Origin: Candidatus Woesearchaeota archaeon
Lineage (GTDB): Archaea; Nanobdellota; Nanobdellia; Woesearchaeales; WJKR01
DNA: 64,000 bases
Direction of reading: 5' to 3'
NCBI GenBank assembly: GCA_016927245.1
Contig: JAFGNA010000006.1
Location: forward strand, 17,230 to 81,229
The notes beneath the pieces were generated by a model. That model was not told the origin of the DNA and did not search any database. It worked only from the letters and a program-made list of their open reading frames with translations. Positions 12,264 to 21,334 of this stretch are shown one piece after another (positions within the stretch are counted from its first letter, which is position 1; each line of letters begins with the position of its first letter). The position numbers were made by a program, and so were the translations under genes.

Positions 12264-13363
12264 TTACCCCCATTTCTCCCGCTGCATGAGCCATTGCGCG
12301 CACCAGATCATGCCTTCTCCTGTCGAGAAGAACCTGCTCGTGTACGGCTTGCCTTCCCGGTCGTATACCTCGAGGAACGTGCCGTGTTTCCTTATCAGCC
12401 GCTCGTACTGCCGCACGTGCTTCCTCGCCCGCTCCTCGTCCACTTTCGCGACGAGATCGATGTACGGCAGGCCTGACATCGGCCAGACGCTGTCCGCTTC
12501 CCAGTCCTTGACGAACAGGTTCTGCCAGATGCTCTTGCCTTGCTCTTCTCGATGCTTCACATACTTTATCGGGAATGGCTTGTCCAGCCCTGCGAGCTGC
12601 ATGCTCCTGACTGCTTGTCTGAGTTTCTCCTGGTCGTTGATGATGCCGAGCCAGAACGGGTAGATGTTCGCGTCAGCGGTGAGCGTGTCGTTCGTGACGT
12701 CATCCTTGAAGTGCGTGCCGGTCCAGTAGTCGTTGATGAGAACCTTCTTGTAGTCTGTTTTTGCGTGCTTGTAGCGCAGGCCGAGCAGGGCGCATTCCTG
12801 TTGCATGATTGCTGCCATGACCGTGTCGTAGCAGGAGGCGTTCCTGATGGCGTGGTCGCGCATCCCGCCGAGGTGCTTCTTCCGCTTGACCCGTCCGTCC
12901 TTGCCGAGCGCTTCCTCAGCGAACCGCCTCGTTTCCCGTTGGAGGAATCCTTTGTGCTTCTTAAGGAGCTTCTCGTCGCCGAGGATGCGCACGCTGCGGA
13001 GGAGGTAAGCGGCCGAGTCCGGCGAGTACGCCTGCGGGAAGCTGATGGGTTTCCCTGCTGGTGTGAGGTGCGTGGTTATCCTGCCCGCTTCTTCGTAGCG
13101 ATTGAGCGCGTATGCTAGGGTCGCCCGCGATTCTTCTCGCATGCCGAGCTTCAGCAATGCGGGTAGGGTCATGCCGAAGTCTCTTGCCCAGAATTGCGGG
13201 TAGTTGCCCAGGTCTGTCCGCAAGTAGCGCCCGTTCCAGAGCTGTGCGAGGATGGCGTGGCAGATGCTCGTCGCGTCCCCTGTGAACCGTTTGAAATATT
13301 TGTTCTTGACGTGGAGGTGTCGCCGGTACATCCTGACGCCTTCCCTGATGATAGCGATGCTCA
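12264..13363 (-). CDS. Glycoside hydrolase of the (alpha/alpha)6-barrel type (GDE_C/GH63/GH15-related).
   Basis: A W-x-R-D motif (FWARDFGMT) and a following acidic/aromatic pattern are present. The long His/Pro/Arg-rich N-terminal extension up to 13781 looks like antisense high-GC artefact. The real start is likely MSIAIIREGV at about 13363. Confidence 0.55.
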
Positions 13364-14371
13364 TTTTCTTGTCTTCCTGAACGGCAATCCTTCCTTGCCG
13401 TGGTGGAGCCAGTGGAAGCTCATCGCGGTGAACCCTGCGAGGCTGAGGATGATGTCCTTGAGCCTGGTGATGAGGGCGACGCCGATGCCCGTGCTGGCGC
13501 CCAGGCCTATCATCTTGAAGATGCCTGCTTGTCCCGCTTCGAGGGTGCCGAGGGCCATGGGGATGGGGATGAGGTATGCCGCGCCGATGAAGGTGATGAT
13601 GAGGAAGAGTTCCAGGATGCTCGTCGCGGGGTGGCCGAGGATGGCGAGGACGATGCCGTACTCGACGAACATGAGCGCCCAGGAGAGGAGGCTGATGAGC
13701 ACCGCCGCGAAGAACTTCTTCCGGTCCTGCTTGTAGAATCGCGTGATGTGCTCGTCGTACTCCTGGATGTGCTTCACCCATTGCTTTCCCTGCTTGGTGC
13801 GGTGCAGCCGTAGTAGCTTGAAGAGCTTGGTGTTGAGATCCTTCCCGCTGAACATCTGGGCGTAGAACAGTCCTATGAGGACGAGCAGGATGATGGAGGT
13901 GATGATCATCATTCCCGTTGCTCCTTCAGGGGTGATGTGCGCTAATAAGAGCACGGCTGCGCCGATGATGAAGAACGTGCCCGAGGCGGTGAGCTCGATG
14001 GTCTTGTCGATGAACACCGTGCTGCTCGCTTTTTGCAAGGAGCAGTGCCTGCTGAGGAGCCCTGCCCGGAACACCTCGCCGCCCATCTTCGCGCCCGGTG
14101 TGACGTAGCTCACCGCGTAGCCGATGAAGTAGTACCTGCACAGCTCCCAGAAGGAAGGGGTGGCGCCGTGCTGTGCCTTGATGATGACCCGCCACCGCCA
14201 TACCAATGCGAGCATGATGAGCAGGGTGATCGCCGCGTACGCCCCTACGAGCCTGAGCGTCGCGCCCGCCATGGTGTTGAACGCTTCTTGGAGCCCTACC
14301 TTCTCGAAGGTGATGATGGCCGCGGCGAGGCCGATGATGAGCGAGAGGGTGAGCGCTAGCCGTTTGTTCAT
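13361..14371 (-). CDS. Multi-pass membrane protein resembling the lysylphosphatidylglycerol-synthase TM (flippase-like, UPF0104) domain.
   Basis: The 336-aa translation has about 8 predicted TM helices and a pattern similar to the MprF N-terminal flippase region. No soluble domain. Confidence 0.5.
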   Translation of the reverse strand: MNKRLALTLSLIIGLAAAIITFEKVGLQEAFNTMAGATLRLVGAYAAITLLIMLALVWRWRVIIKAQHGATPSFWELCRYYFIGYAVSYVTPGAKMGGEVFRAGLLSRHCSLQKASSTVFIDKTIELTASGTFFIIGAAVLLLAHITPEGATGMMIITSIILLVLIGLFYAQMFSGKDLNTKLFKLLRLHRTKQGKQWVKHIQEYDEHITRFYKQDRKKFFAAVLISLLSWALMFVEYGIVLAILGHPATSILELFLIITFIGAAYLIPIPMALGTLEAGQAGIFKMIGLGASTGIGVALITRLKDIILSLAGFTAMSFHWLHHGKEGLPFRKTRK

Positions 14372-14397
14372 GGGGGTGCTGCCTTTTGCGATGGGTA

Positions 14398-14515
14398 CGA
14401 GCCTGGAGGGATTCGAACCCTCGACCTAGTGCTGGCTCCTCCGCTGTTGCGGGAGTAGGAGGCACTCGCGCTTTCTGGAGATTGAAAAAGCCTATCCAGG
14501 CTGCGCTACAGGCTC
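14398..14515 (-). tRNA. tRNA, probably tRNA-Arg(CCU), carrying two introns. One of about 21 nt lies in the D-arm region and one of 22 nt at the canonical 37/38 site.
   Basis: The minus-strand read shows acceptor GAGCCTG/CAGGCTC, T-arm GAGGG-TTCGAAT-CCCTC, anticodon stem AGTGC/GCACT and loop CUCCUA|intron|A. The gene is 118 nt versus about 75 nt for a mature tRNA. The extra sequence between GCGC (10-13) and its partner GCGC implies a second insertion. Confidence 0.55.
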
Positions 14516-14594
14516 AGGTAATGGCGAAAACCAGAAAGGGTTTAAAAAAGTTGTTCATGGGGGTTTATAAAACAGTGTTTCTTTCTCTTATCGC

Positions 14595-15542
14595 ATGCAC
14601 GTCCTGAAAGCGCGGCCAGAGGATTTCGTCGTCGAGGAGATCCCGAGTAGGGAGTGGAAGGACAAGGGCGCCTACCTCATCCTCGAGGTGACCAAGAAAG
14701 AGCGCAACACGGAGGACGTCGCTCAGCTCATCGCCACCAAGCTCGGGGTGAAGCGTTCAAGCGTCGCGTACGCCGGCCTGAAGGACAAGCATGCCGTGAC
14801 GACGCAGTACTTCTCCGTGCGGGGCAAGGGTAAGCACGCTGTGGACTGGCTGCGCATGGATGGTGTCTCCTTCAAGGCCATAGGGTTCACCGATGAGCCG
14901 CTCTCGCTCGGATCCTTGCGGGGCAATCGCTTCGCCATCACCGTGCGCAACATCGATTCTTTACCGGGTTACCGGTCATTGTTCCCTAACTGCTTCGACG
15001 AGCAGCGGTTCGGCGAGCACAACGACGACGTCGGCAAGGCTTTGGTTCGTGGGGACTTTTCGGAGGCGTGCGCGCTCATCGATGACGACCGAGTCCTAGG
15101 ATTCCTCGCTGAGCACCCTGGCGACCACGCCGGTGCCCTGCGCCAGCTGCCCAAGAAGCTCTTGACGCTGTACGTGCACGCCTACCAGTCGCGCCTGTTC
15201 AACAGAGTCCTGGAACTGCTGGTTGAGGAGCGGGGCGTGGAGGCTTTGCGCTCCGCGCGCATCCCCCTGCTCGGCTTCGGCACGGAGGACGTCGAGCTGT
15301 ATAAGCGCGTTATGGAGGAAGAGCGCATCTCACCGCGTGACTTCATCATCCGCTCCTTACCGGACATCTCCTCAGAAGGAGGTGAGCGGCAGGCGGTCAT
15401 CAACGTGAGTGATTTCTGGTTCGGCGAACTTGATGATGACGAGCTGCACCCGGGCAAGAAGAAGGTCGTCGTCACGTTCTCGCTTCCTAAGGGCGCGTAC
15501 GCGACGAACGTGATTAAGCGGTTGTGGTCACAGCCCGAATGA
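14595..15542 (+). CDS. truD: tRNA pseudouridine(13) synthase TruD/Pus7-like.
   Basis: The N-terminus MHVLKARPEDFVVEEIP is the TruD hallmark, and a conserved Asp-containing GLKDKHAVTTQ motif is present. Confidence 0.8.
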   Translation: MHVLKARPEDFVVEEIPSREWKDKGAYLILEVTKKERNTEDVAQLIATKLGVKRSSVAYAGLKDKHAVTTQYFSVRGKGKHAVDWLRMDGVSFKAIGFTDEPLSLGSLRGNRFAITVRNIDSLPGYRSLFPNCFDEQRFGEHNDDVGKALVRGDFSEACALIDDDRVLGFLAEHPGDHAGALRQLPKKLLTLYVHAYQSRLFNRVLELLVEERGVEALRSARIPLLGFGTEDVELYKRVMEEERISPRDFIIRSLPDISSEGGERQAVINVSDFWFGELDDDELHPGKKKVVVTFSLPKGAYATNVIKRLWSQPE

Positions 15543-15809
15543 TTCTTGGAACTGCTTCATCTGGTGGTACTTGTCGAGGAAGTCGTAGCCCTTGTCAGTG
15601 AGCAGGATTTCCTTCTTGTCCTGCTTTTTCCCGACGACCTCCTCGTCCACGAGCTCCTTGTCCCGGAGCTCTGCCAAGTACTCTGAGAGCAGTTGGTAGC
15701 TCAGGTTGGCCTTGTACAAGAGGTGTGTGGGCTTTATGCGCCCGCCTTTCTGCTGGATTGCCATCAGGATGTCGCTGATGATGTCGATCCTAGTCCTTCG
15801 TTTTGCCAT
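15528..15809 (-). CDS. Small winged-helix DNA-binding protein (putative transcription regulator).
   Basis: The 93-aa translation has an HTH-like YQLLSEYLAELRDKELV and a wing. Confidence 0.45.
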   Translation of the reverse strand: MAKRRTRIDIISDILMAIQQKGGRIKPTHLLYKANLSYQLLSEYLAELRDKELVDEEVVGKKQDKKEILLTDKGYDFLDKYHQMKQFQESFGL

Positions 15810-16497
15810 GTCTGAACACCAACAACCACATGTTGACGAGGAAGATGATGAACCCTGCGAGCTGCAGGATTTCCGCGATGACGTAGATAGCGTTGTTGAG
15901 GAAGATGAAGATGAATACTGCCTGGCTCATGAGGAGGAGGGAGAACGCGAGGAAGTTGAGGTGCGTCCCTACCGGCGCGGCTCGTTCCTTGCCGAAGCAC
16001 CTGCGGTGGTAGTGCCGCGCGATGAAGAAGAGGATGAACGCGGCGGTGATGTGGAACACGTAGTACGTGCTGAAGCTGAACAGCGCCACGACGAGGATTA
16101 AGTAGCCGAAGAGCCATTGGTGCTCGTAATCCTTTGACTTGCTCACGAGCCAATAGATGCCGAATAGGCCGAGGAGCATGAGGAACCGGTGGGCGTCGTA
16201 CCCTGCTTGGAGGAAGAGGTTGCTCTTATCGAGGAGGTTGTGCTTCACGATGAGCTCTTGGAACGCGGTCTTCACGGTCTGCTGGTAGTAGAGCGCGAAG
16301 TTCGTCGCTATCTTTGCCAGGAACGAGGCGCTGATGGCGAAGAAGCTAAGAGAGAGGAACTTGTAGGTGTAGTCCTTGCTGAACCGGTAGAGGCGGTGGC
16401 TGTGCACGCTGATGAGCAGGGTGACGATGACGCCCAGCAATTCGAAGATGATGTCGTAGCCGAAGAACCAGCGAGGACTGAAGATAAGCGTTATCAT
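15790..16497 (-). CDS. Hypothetical integral membrane protein (6-7 TM helices).
   Basis: Hydrophobic translation. No motif recognised. Confidence 0.4.
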   Translation of the reverse strand: MITLIFSPRWFFGYDIIFELLGVIVTLLISVHSHRLYRFSKDYTYKFLSLSFFAISASFLAKIATNFALYYQQTVKTAFQELIVKHNLLDKSNLFLQAGYDAHRFLMLLGLFGIYWLVSKSKDYEHQWLFGYLILVVALFSFSTYYVFHITAAFILFFIARHYHRRCFGKERAAPVGTHLNFLAFSLLLMSQAVFIFIFLNNAIYVIAEILQLAGFIIFLVNMWLLVFRHGKTKD

Positions 16498-16818
16498 ACC
16501 TCGGTGATAACGGGAAATAGTTTAAAAAGCTTATGGAAGTCGCTTATGGAGCGTCCTTGCACAACCCTTTTTTAAAAGCTCATCTGTATCTATATAGGTA
16601 GTATCATGTTGCGCGTCCACATCGACACTTCAGAAGAGAACCCTCTCGTGCAGGCGGCTGAGGAGCTATTGCTCGCAGGCCTCATCACCCCTTACGAGGC
16701 TGACGACCTCCTCGCGCAGCCCTGGCTATCAGAGGAGCACGCTTAACACACACCACAACCAAGGACGAAGCCGCCGAACCGCGCCCCCTCGCAGAGAGGG
16801 GGCTCGGGGAGGGGCCTT

Positions 16819-17448
16819 CTACACGCGCAACGCGGCGGTAACGTCCTCGAAAACTTCCTCGATGGGTTGCTCCCCGTCGATGCGGATGATGCGCGCACCT
16901 TTCCCTTCGAAGAAGCTGATGAGCGGCGCGGTCTTTGCGTGATAGTCCGCCAGCCGTTTCCGCACCGCCTCCGGCTTGTCGTCGTCACGCTGCACCAGCG
17001 AGGCGCCGTCCTCATCGCACTTGCCCGCTTGCTTCGGCGGGAGCGTGACTGTGTTGTAGCCTTTGCCGCACTTGCTGCACACGTAGCGGCTGCTGATACG
17101 CTGCACCGCTACCTCGTCGGAGACCTCGATGGCCACGACGGCGTCCACGCGAGTGATGCGATCGAGGAATTCTGCTTGTTCCTTCGTGCGAGGGTAGCCG
17201 TCGAATATCAATCCACGCTCCCGGTTCTGCTCGACCGCCTTCCTGGTCACTTCGTTCACGACGTTGTCAGGGACGAGCTCGCCCGAGTCCATGCATCGCT
17301 TGAGCCGCTTCCCCAGTTCCGAGCCAGACATCACTTCCGCCCTGAACGCTTCGCCGGTGCTGAAGTGCTTCATCCCGGTCCTCGCCGCGAGCCGTTCCGC
17401 TTGCGTGCCTTTACCTGATGCCTGCGGTCCGATGAGGATGATGTTCAT
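16819..17448 (-). CDS. adk: Adenylate kinase (long form with Zn-binding lid).
   Basis: P-loop GPQASGKGTQ is present, with the lid CSKCGKGYN...C...D and the pattern RxDDxxE. Confidence 0.85.
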   Translation of the reverse strand: MNIILIGPQASGKGTQAERLAARTGMKHFSTGEAFRAEVMSGSELGKRLKRCMDSGELVPDNVVNEVTRKAVEQNRERGLIFDGYPRTKEQAEFLDRITRVDAVVAIEVSDEVAVQRISSRYVCSKCGKGYNTVTLPPKQAGKCDEDGASLVQRDDDKPEAVRKRLADYHAKTAPLISFFEGKGARIIRIDGEQPIEEVFEDVTAALRV

Positions 17449-17574
17449 GGCGCTTGTTCGTGTTGTCGCCGCTCTTTTATAGTTTTCTGTCGTTTTTCAC
17501 CCCTCCCTCAGATGAAAACAATGTTGTCTTGCAGGAGCTGAAAACTTATTAATAACCTCGCCGTCACCCGCCAG

Positions 17575-18534
17575 ATGGCATTCCTCGACATCGTCGTGGC
17601 GGGGCCTGACGGCAGCGGGACGAGCACGCAAGTGCGTGACGTCATCGACTACTGCCAGGCGCGAGGCCTCAAGGTTGCCGACCTCCGCGGCGACGAGGTC
17701 GACGCGTTGTTCCATGCCGAGCGGTTCCGACGGTTCAACCACCGCGTCTCAGGCAGCCGTTTCGAGTCGTACGCCGGCTTCGCGGCGAGCGGCTTGGTAG
17801 AGGAGTTCAAGCATGACTTCCTCGCGCAGGCGAAGGCTACTCTCGATGAGGGAAGATTCGCGGCGTGCGTCGATGACCCTTCATTCTCGTTCGTGGACCC
17901 CTCCAGCATCGACGTCGCCGTCATGGAAGAGCCTTCTCGCCGTGCAGGCCTGTCCGTGCGGGGCGTCCAGCTGCACAGGAGCAGGTTCGGTATGCCGGAC
18001 GACCAGTACGCCAAGGCGGTCGGTTACGCGTTCGACCGCGAGTGCGAGTTCATCCGGTTCCGCAAGCAGTTGCGCGAGTCAGGCAAGGTGGTGCTGCGGA
18101 GCAGGGGGTTCGAATCCACCTCGACGTACCAGGAATATGATGGGTTGTTGTTGCCTAACGCTCCTCGCCGCGAGCACATCATCGGGTTGCCTGGCAACAA
18201 GCTGGCGCTCCAACACCCCCCGACGGACATCATCGTCGTGCACGCCCCGCGGGATTGGTCTGCCGATGAGTATTTGTCCTTGAAAGGCGTCCGGATGCGC
18301 GGCCGCATGCTGGACGACCACGAGAAGGACGTGGAGTACCAGCTCCTGGTCAACGCTCGTTATGCCTCTGACTGGCTGGAAGGATTGTACGAACTCGGCC
18401 GGTCCTTGTACGGGGCAGCCCCTCCTCGTATCCACCGCATTGAGATGTACGACGAGGATCGCTCGCCGCTGGGCAAACAGGCCATCAGGCGACGAGTGCA
18501 CGAGGTCATGGATAACATCTGCGGCGGCGACTGA
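17575..18534 (+). CDS. P-loop kinase-like protein (thymidylate-kinase-like N-terminus) with a C-terminal extension.
   Basis: Walker A GPDGSGTSTQ resembles dTMP kinase GxDGxGKST. The remainder is unrecognised. Confidence 0.4.
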   Translation: MAFLDIVVAGPDGSGTSTQVRDVIDYCQARGLKVADLRGDEVDALFHAERFRRFNHRVSGSRFESYAGFAASGLVEEFKHDFLAQAKATLDEGRFAACVDDPSFSFVDPSSIDVAVMEEPSRRAGLSVRGVQLHRSRFGMPDDQYAKAVGYAFDRECEFIRFRKQLRESGKVVLRSRGFESTSTYQEYDGLLLPNAPRREHIIGLPGNKLALQHPPTDIIVVHAPRDWSADEYLSLKGVRMRGRMLDDHEKDVEYQLLVNARYASDWLEGLYELGRSLYGAAPPRIHRIEMYDEDRSPLGKQAIRRRVHEVMDNICGGD

Positions 18535-18641
18535 GCGATTCCTGTCGGTAATCGCTCATAGTGGTATCTGCTGACAAGCAAGGATTCTCAGCGGAACGGC
18601 GTCCGCTCCGCCCATGGCATTACGTGAGGAACTCATTAGTG

Positions 18642-20504
18642 TTAGTGCGAGAAGAACTCGCGTATCAGCTTCTCGTACAGCAATGAGATGGTGACCTGCC
18701 AGTCTTGCGGGAAGCAGCGCTTGTAGTTCGGCCACGCGTATCTTTCGTCGAGGAAGATGATGACGCCGCGGTCCGTCTCGCTCCGGATGCACCTCCCCGC
18801 TGATTGCAATGCCTTGTTGAACGAGGGGAAGAGGTAGCCGTAGTCCCATCCTTTCCCGAACTTCTCGTCGTAGTACTTGATGAGCGCCTCTGACTCGAGG
18901 TCTGGCCGCTGCAGGGGCAGGCCGACGATGACGACGCCTCGTAACTCATCCCCTGGGAGGTCTATGCCTTCCCCGAAGTTACCGGTGATGACGCCCATGA
19001 GCACTGCTCCTGAGTCCTTGTACTGCCTGAAGCGGTCGAGGAATTCCTGCTTCTCCTGCGTGTTCATCTCCTGTTGTTCCGTGAACACCGTCTTGGTCGT
19101 GCTCGTCCGGAAGTGCTGGTTCACTTCTTCCAGTAAGTGGTAGCTGGGGAAATACACGGCGACGTTGCCCGGAATGCTGGAGACCGCTTTCGACAGCACG
19201 ACGGCGATGTTCTTGTATTGTTCCTCGCTCCTCGACGCGTATCTCGTGCTGGTCTGCGGGATGATGATGTTCAGCCGGTTCTTGTCAGGGAACGGACTGG
19301 GGTGCGTCGCTTCCTCAGCGTCCTCGAGCCCGAGCAATGCTTTGTACATGCTCGTCGGGGTGAGCGTGCCACTCATGAGGATGGTGGTGTGCGCCTCCTT
19401 GACCACCGGACCCGCCGCGATTGACGGGTCGAGGCACCTGTACGAGAGCGTGACGACCTCCTCTCGCATCCCTTTCCTCACGCTGAGGATGCGCGTGAAG
19501 CCCTTGTCGTCACCCGTCCATGATTCCATGAATGATCCTACCGCGCCGATGTAGGATACCTGCGCCTCTTCCCTGATGGCATCCCCGGTGCTGATAAGGT
19601 GCTCGACGAGGACGTCGTAGTCGCCGAGGGTCTTGAGTTCGCGCAGCAGTTCTTCCTTGGTGATGTGGATTTCCTTGCCGTCGGTCGCTCGTGCCTTGTC
19701 CGCGTAGCGCTCCATGATGGATTGGAGTTCGTGCAGCTGTTCTTCGATGTCTTCCAGTCCTCGTTTGCCCGCCTCGGTCACGGCACGTTTCAGGATGGTG
19801 GTGCTGAGCCGCGCGGATGCGAGGTCCTTGATGCGTGCTGGCAGGTTATGCGCCTCGTCCACGATGATGACCGCTTTGCTGAGATCCTTCCCGCTTCTCG
19901 CGAAGAACTGGCCGCGTATCTTCGGGTGGAACGCGTAGAAGTAGTCCGCGATGATCACTTTGGCCTGCTTGGCTAGTTCCATGGAGGTGTAGTACGGGCA
20001 GATATTATGCTCCTTCGCCGCCGCGATGACTTGCTGGTTGCGGGCCGGGCTCTTATCCCTTAGTGCTCCTAGCGCTAGTTGCCCGTGCGCGGTGAGTTTC
20101 TCGCCTTTTTTGAGGTTGGTGTAGTAGTCGCACTTGCCGTCCTCTCGCAGGCTCCTACAGTACTCGGCGAACTCACCACTCGGCAAGCGCTCAACGCCTG
20201 GTTGCGAGCACATCCATTTCTTGCCGATGATGTCGACGGCCTGGAACCGTTTGCCGTGGCGGTCCCTGATGTCCTCGAGCGTCCTCAACGCTATCTCGTG
20301 CTGCGTATGCCGCGAGGTCAGGAAGAAGATGGTCTTGTCATCACCCAAAGTCTCGGTCAGTGCTGGCGCCAGCGCCGCCGCGGTCTTGCCCAGCCCGGTG
20401 GGGGCGTGCGCGATGAGGTCCTTGCCGTCTCTCACCGCTTTCTTGACCTCGTCGATGAGCTCTTGCTGCGATGGCCTGATGTTCTCGTGCGGGAAGAGGA
20501 GCAT
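18642..20504 (-). CDS. XPD/Rad3-like (DinG family) superfamily 2 helicase with a predicted Fe-S cluster domain.
   Basis: Motif I HAPTGLGKT and motif II VIIVDEAHNL are present. There is a four-Cys cluster in the N-terminal insertion (CSQ...C...C..C) and C-terminal helicase motifs. Confidence 0.75.
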   Translation of the reverse strand: MLLFPHENIRPSQQELIDEVKKAVRDGKDLIAHAPTGLGKTAAALAPALTETLGDDKTIFFLTSRHTQHEIALRTLEDIRDRHGKRFQAVDIIGKKWMCSQPGVERLPSGEFAEYCRSLREDGKCDYYTNLKKGEKLTAHGQLALGALRDKSPARNQQVIAAAKEHNICPYYTSMELAKQAKVIIADYFYAFHPKIRGQFFARSGKDLSKAVIIVDEAHNLPARIKDLASARLSTTILKRAVTEAGKRGLEDIEEQLHELQSIMERYADKARATDGKEIHITKEELLRELKTLGDYDVLVEHLISTGDAIREEAQVSYIGAVGSFMESWTGDDKGFTRILSVRKGMREEVVTLSYRCLDPSIAAGPVVKEAHTTILMSGTLTPTSMYKALLGLEDAEEATHPSPFPDKNRLNIIIPQTSTRYASRSEEQYKNIAVVLSKAVSSIPGNVAVYFPSYHLLEEVNQHFRTSTTKTVFTEQQEMNTQEKQEFLDRFRQYKDSGAVLMGVITGNFGEGIDLPGDELRGVVIVGLPLQRPDLESEALIKYYDEKFGKGWDYGYLFPSFNKALQSAGRCIRSETDRGVIIFLDERYAWPNYKRCFPQDWQVTISLLYEKLIREFFSH

Positions 20505-20553
20505 GCACGGGGCAGGTGCAGAATCGTTTATATGTGTTGCGCGCGGACGCGAT

Positions 20554-21285
20554 TCACCCTTTCCACTCGGCCTCTTCCTCTCGTCGCGGCTGCGGCAGCT
20601 CTTCCTCTTCTTTTGTCGGGGGCCGTACTTTCTCCTTGAGCTGTTGCACGCTCTTCTTGATGGACGCGATGCCTTTCTCTAGTGCTGGCTTCGCCTTTTG
20701 CGCTTGCTGCTCCCACTCCACGCTGTAGTCCTTGAGGATGAGGTGCGGCTTCTCGTACGGGATGCCATAGGTGCCGAAGTACACCGCGCTGTCGAGGGAG
20801 GTGAGCTCTTTCTCTCCTGGCTGCTCGTCCGTGTAACCGAGGGTGACGATGGCCTGCGCCCTAGCGGTGTCGGGGATGTTCAGCGTCCGGTCAAGGTAGT
20901 CCTCGTCGAACGCGCCGACCCAGCAAGCGCCGAGCCCGAGCGCGTGCGCTGCGAGGAGCATGTTCTCCGTGGCGGCGGCGCATGACTGCACCGAGTACAG
21001 CCGCTTGCCGCGCAGCCCGTAGCGCATCTCCGTCCGTTCCTCGTTGCTGCACACCACGATGTACACGGGCGCGTGGGCCATCCAGTGCTGCTCGAGGCAG
21101 TGCTCGGCGATGGCATGCCGGGCGGCCTTGTCCGTGATGATGATGAACTTCCAGTCTTGCAGGTTGCCGGCGCTGGGGGCGTAGTGCGCAGCTTCGATGA
21201 CCGCGGTGACCTTGTCGAACTCTACCGGCTTCTGGAGGTAGCTCCTGATGCTCCTCCTCGTCTTGATGGCCCACAACGCGTCCAT
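20554..21285 (-). CDS. Nitroreductase family protein.
   Basis: The N-terminal RRSIRSY and the PSAGNLQ motif are typical of the NADH oxidase/nitroreductase fold. Confidence 0.7.
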   Translation of the reverse strand: MDALWAIKTRRSIRSYLQKPVEFDKVTAVIEAAHYAPSAGNLQDWKFIIITDKAARHAIAEHCLEQHWMAHAPVYIVVCSNEERTEMRYGLRGKRLYSVQSCAAATENMLLAAHALGLGACWVGAFDEDYLDRTLNIPDTARAQAIVTLGYTDEQPGEKELTSLDSAVYFGTYGIPYEKPHLILKDYSVEWEQQAQKAKPALEKGIASIKKSVQQLKEKVRPPTKEEEELPQPRREEEAEWKG

Positions 21286-21334
21286 GTTAGTCGTTATGGG
21301 CTTGGTCGTATAAAAAGCTTGTTGTTCCTTAACC

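Noticed and set aside
12264-13781. A 140-aa His/Pro/Arg-rich N-terminal extension of the glycosidase ORF, overlapping the LPG-synthase-like gene.
   Set aside because: Low-complexity composition typical of out-of-frame high-GC sequence. A sensible start (MSIAIIREGV) exists at the end of the upstream gene.
16597-16743. A 48-aa plus-strand ORF (MLRVHIDTSEENPLVQAAEELLLAGLITPYEADDLLAQPWLSEEHA) in the adk intergenic region.
   Set aside because: Too short and without motifs to call. It could be a real micro-protein, but there is no supporting evidence.
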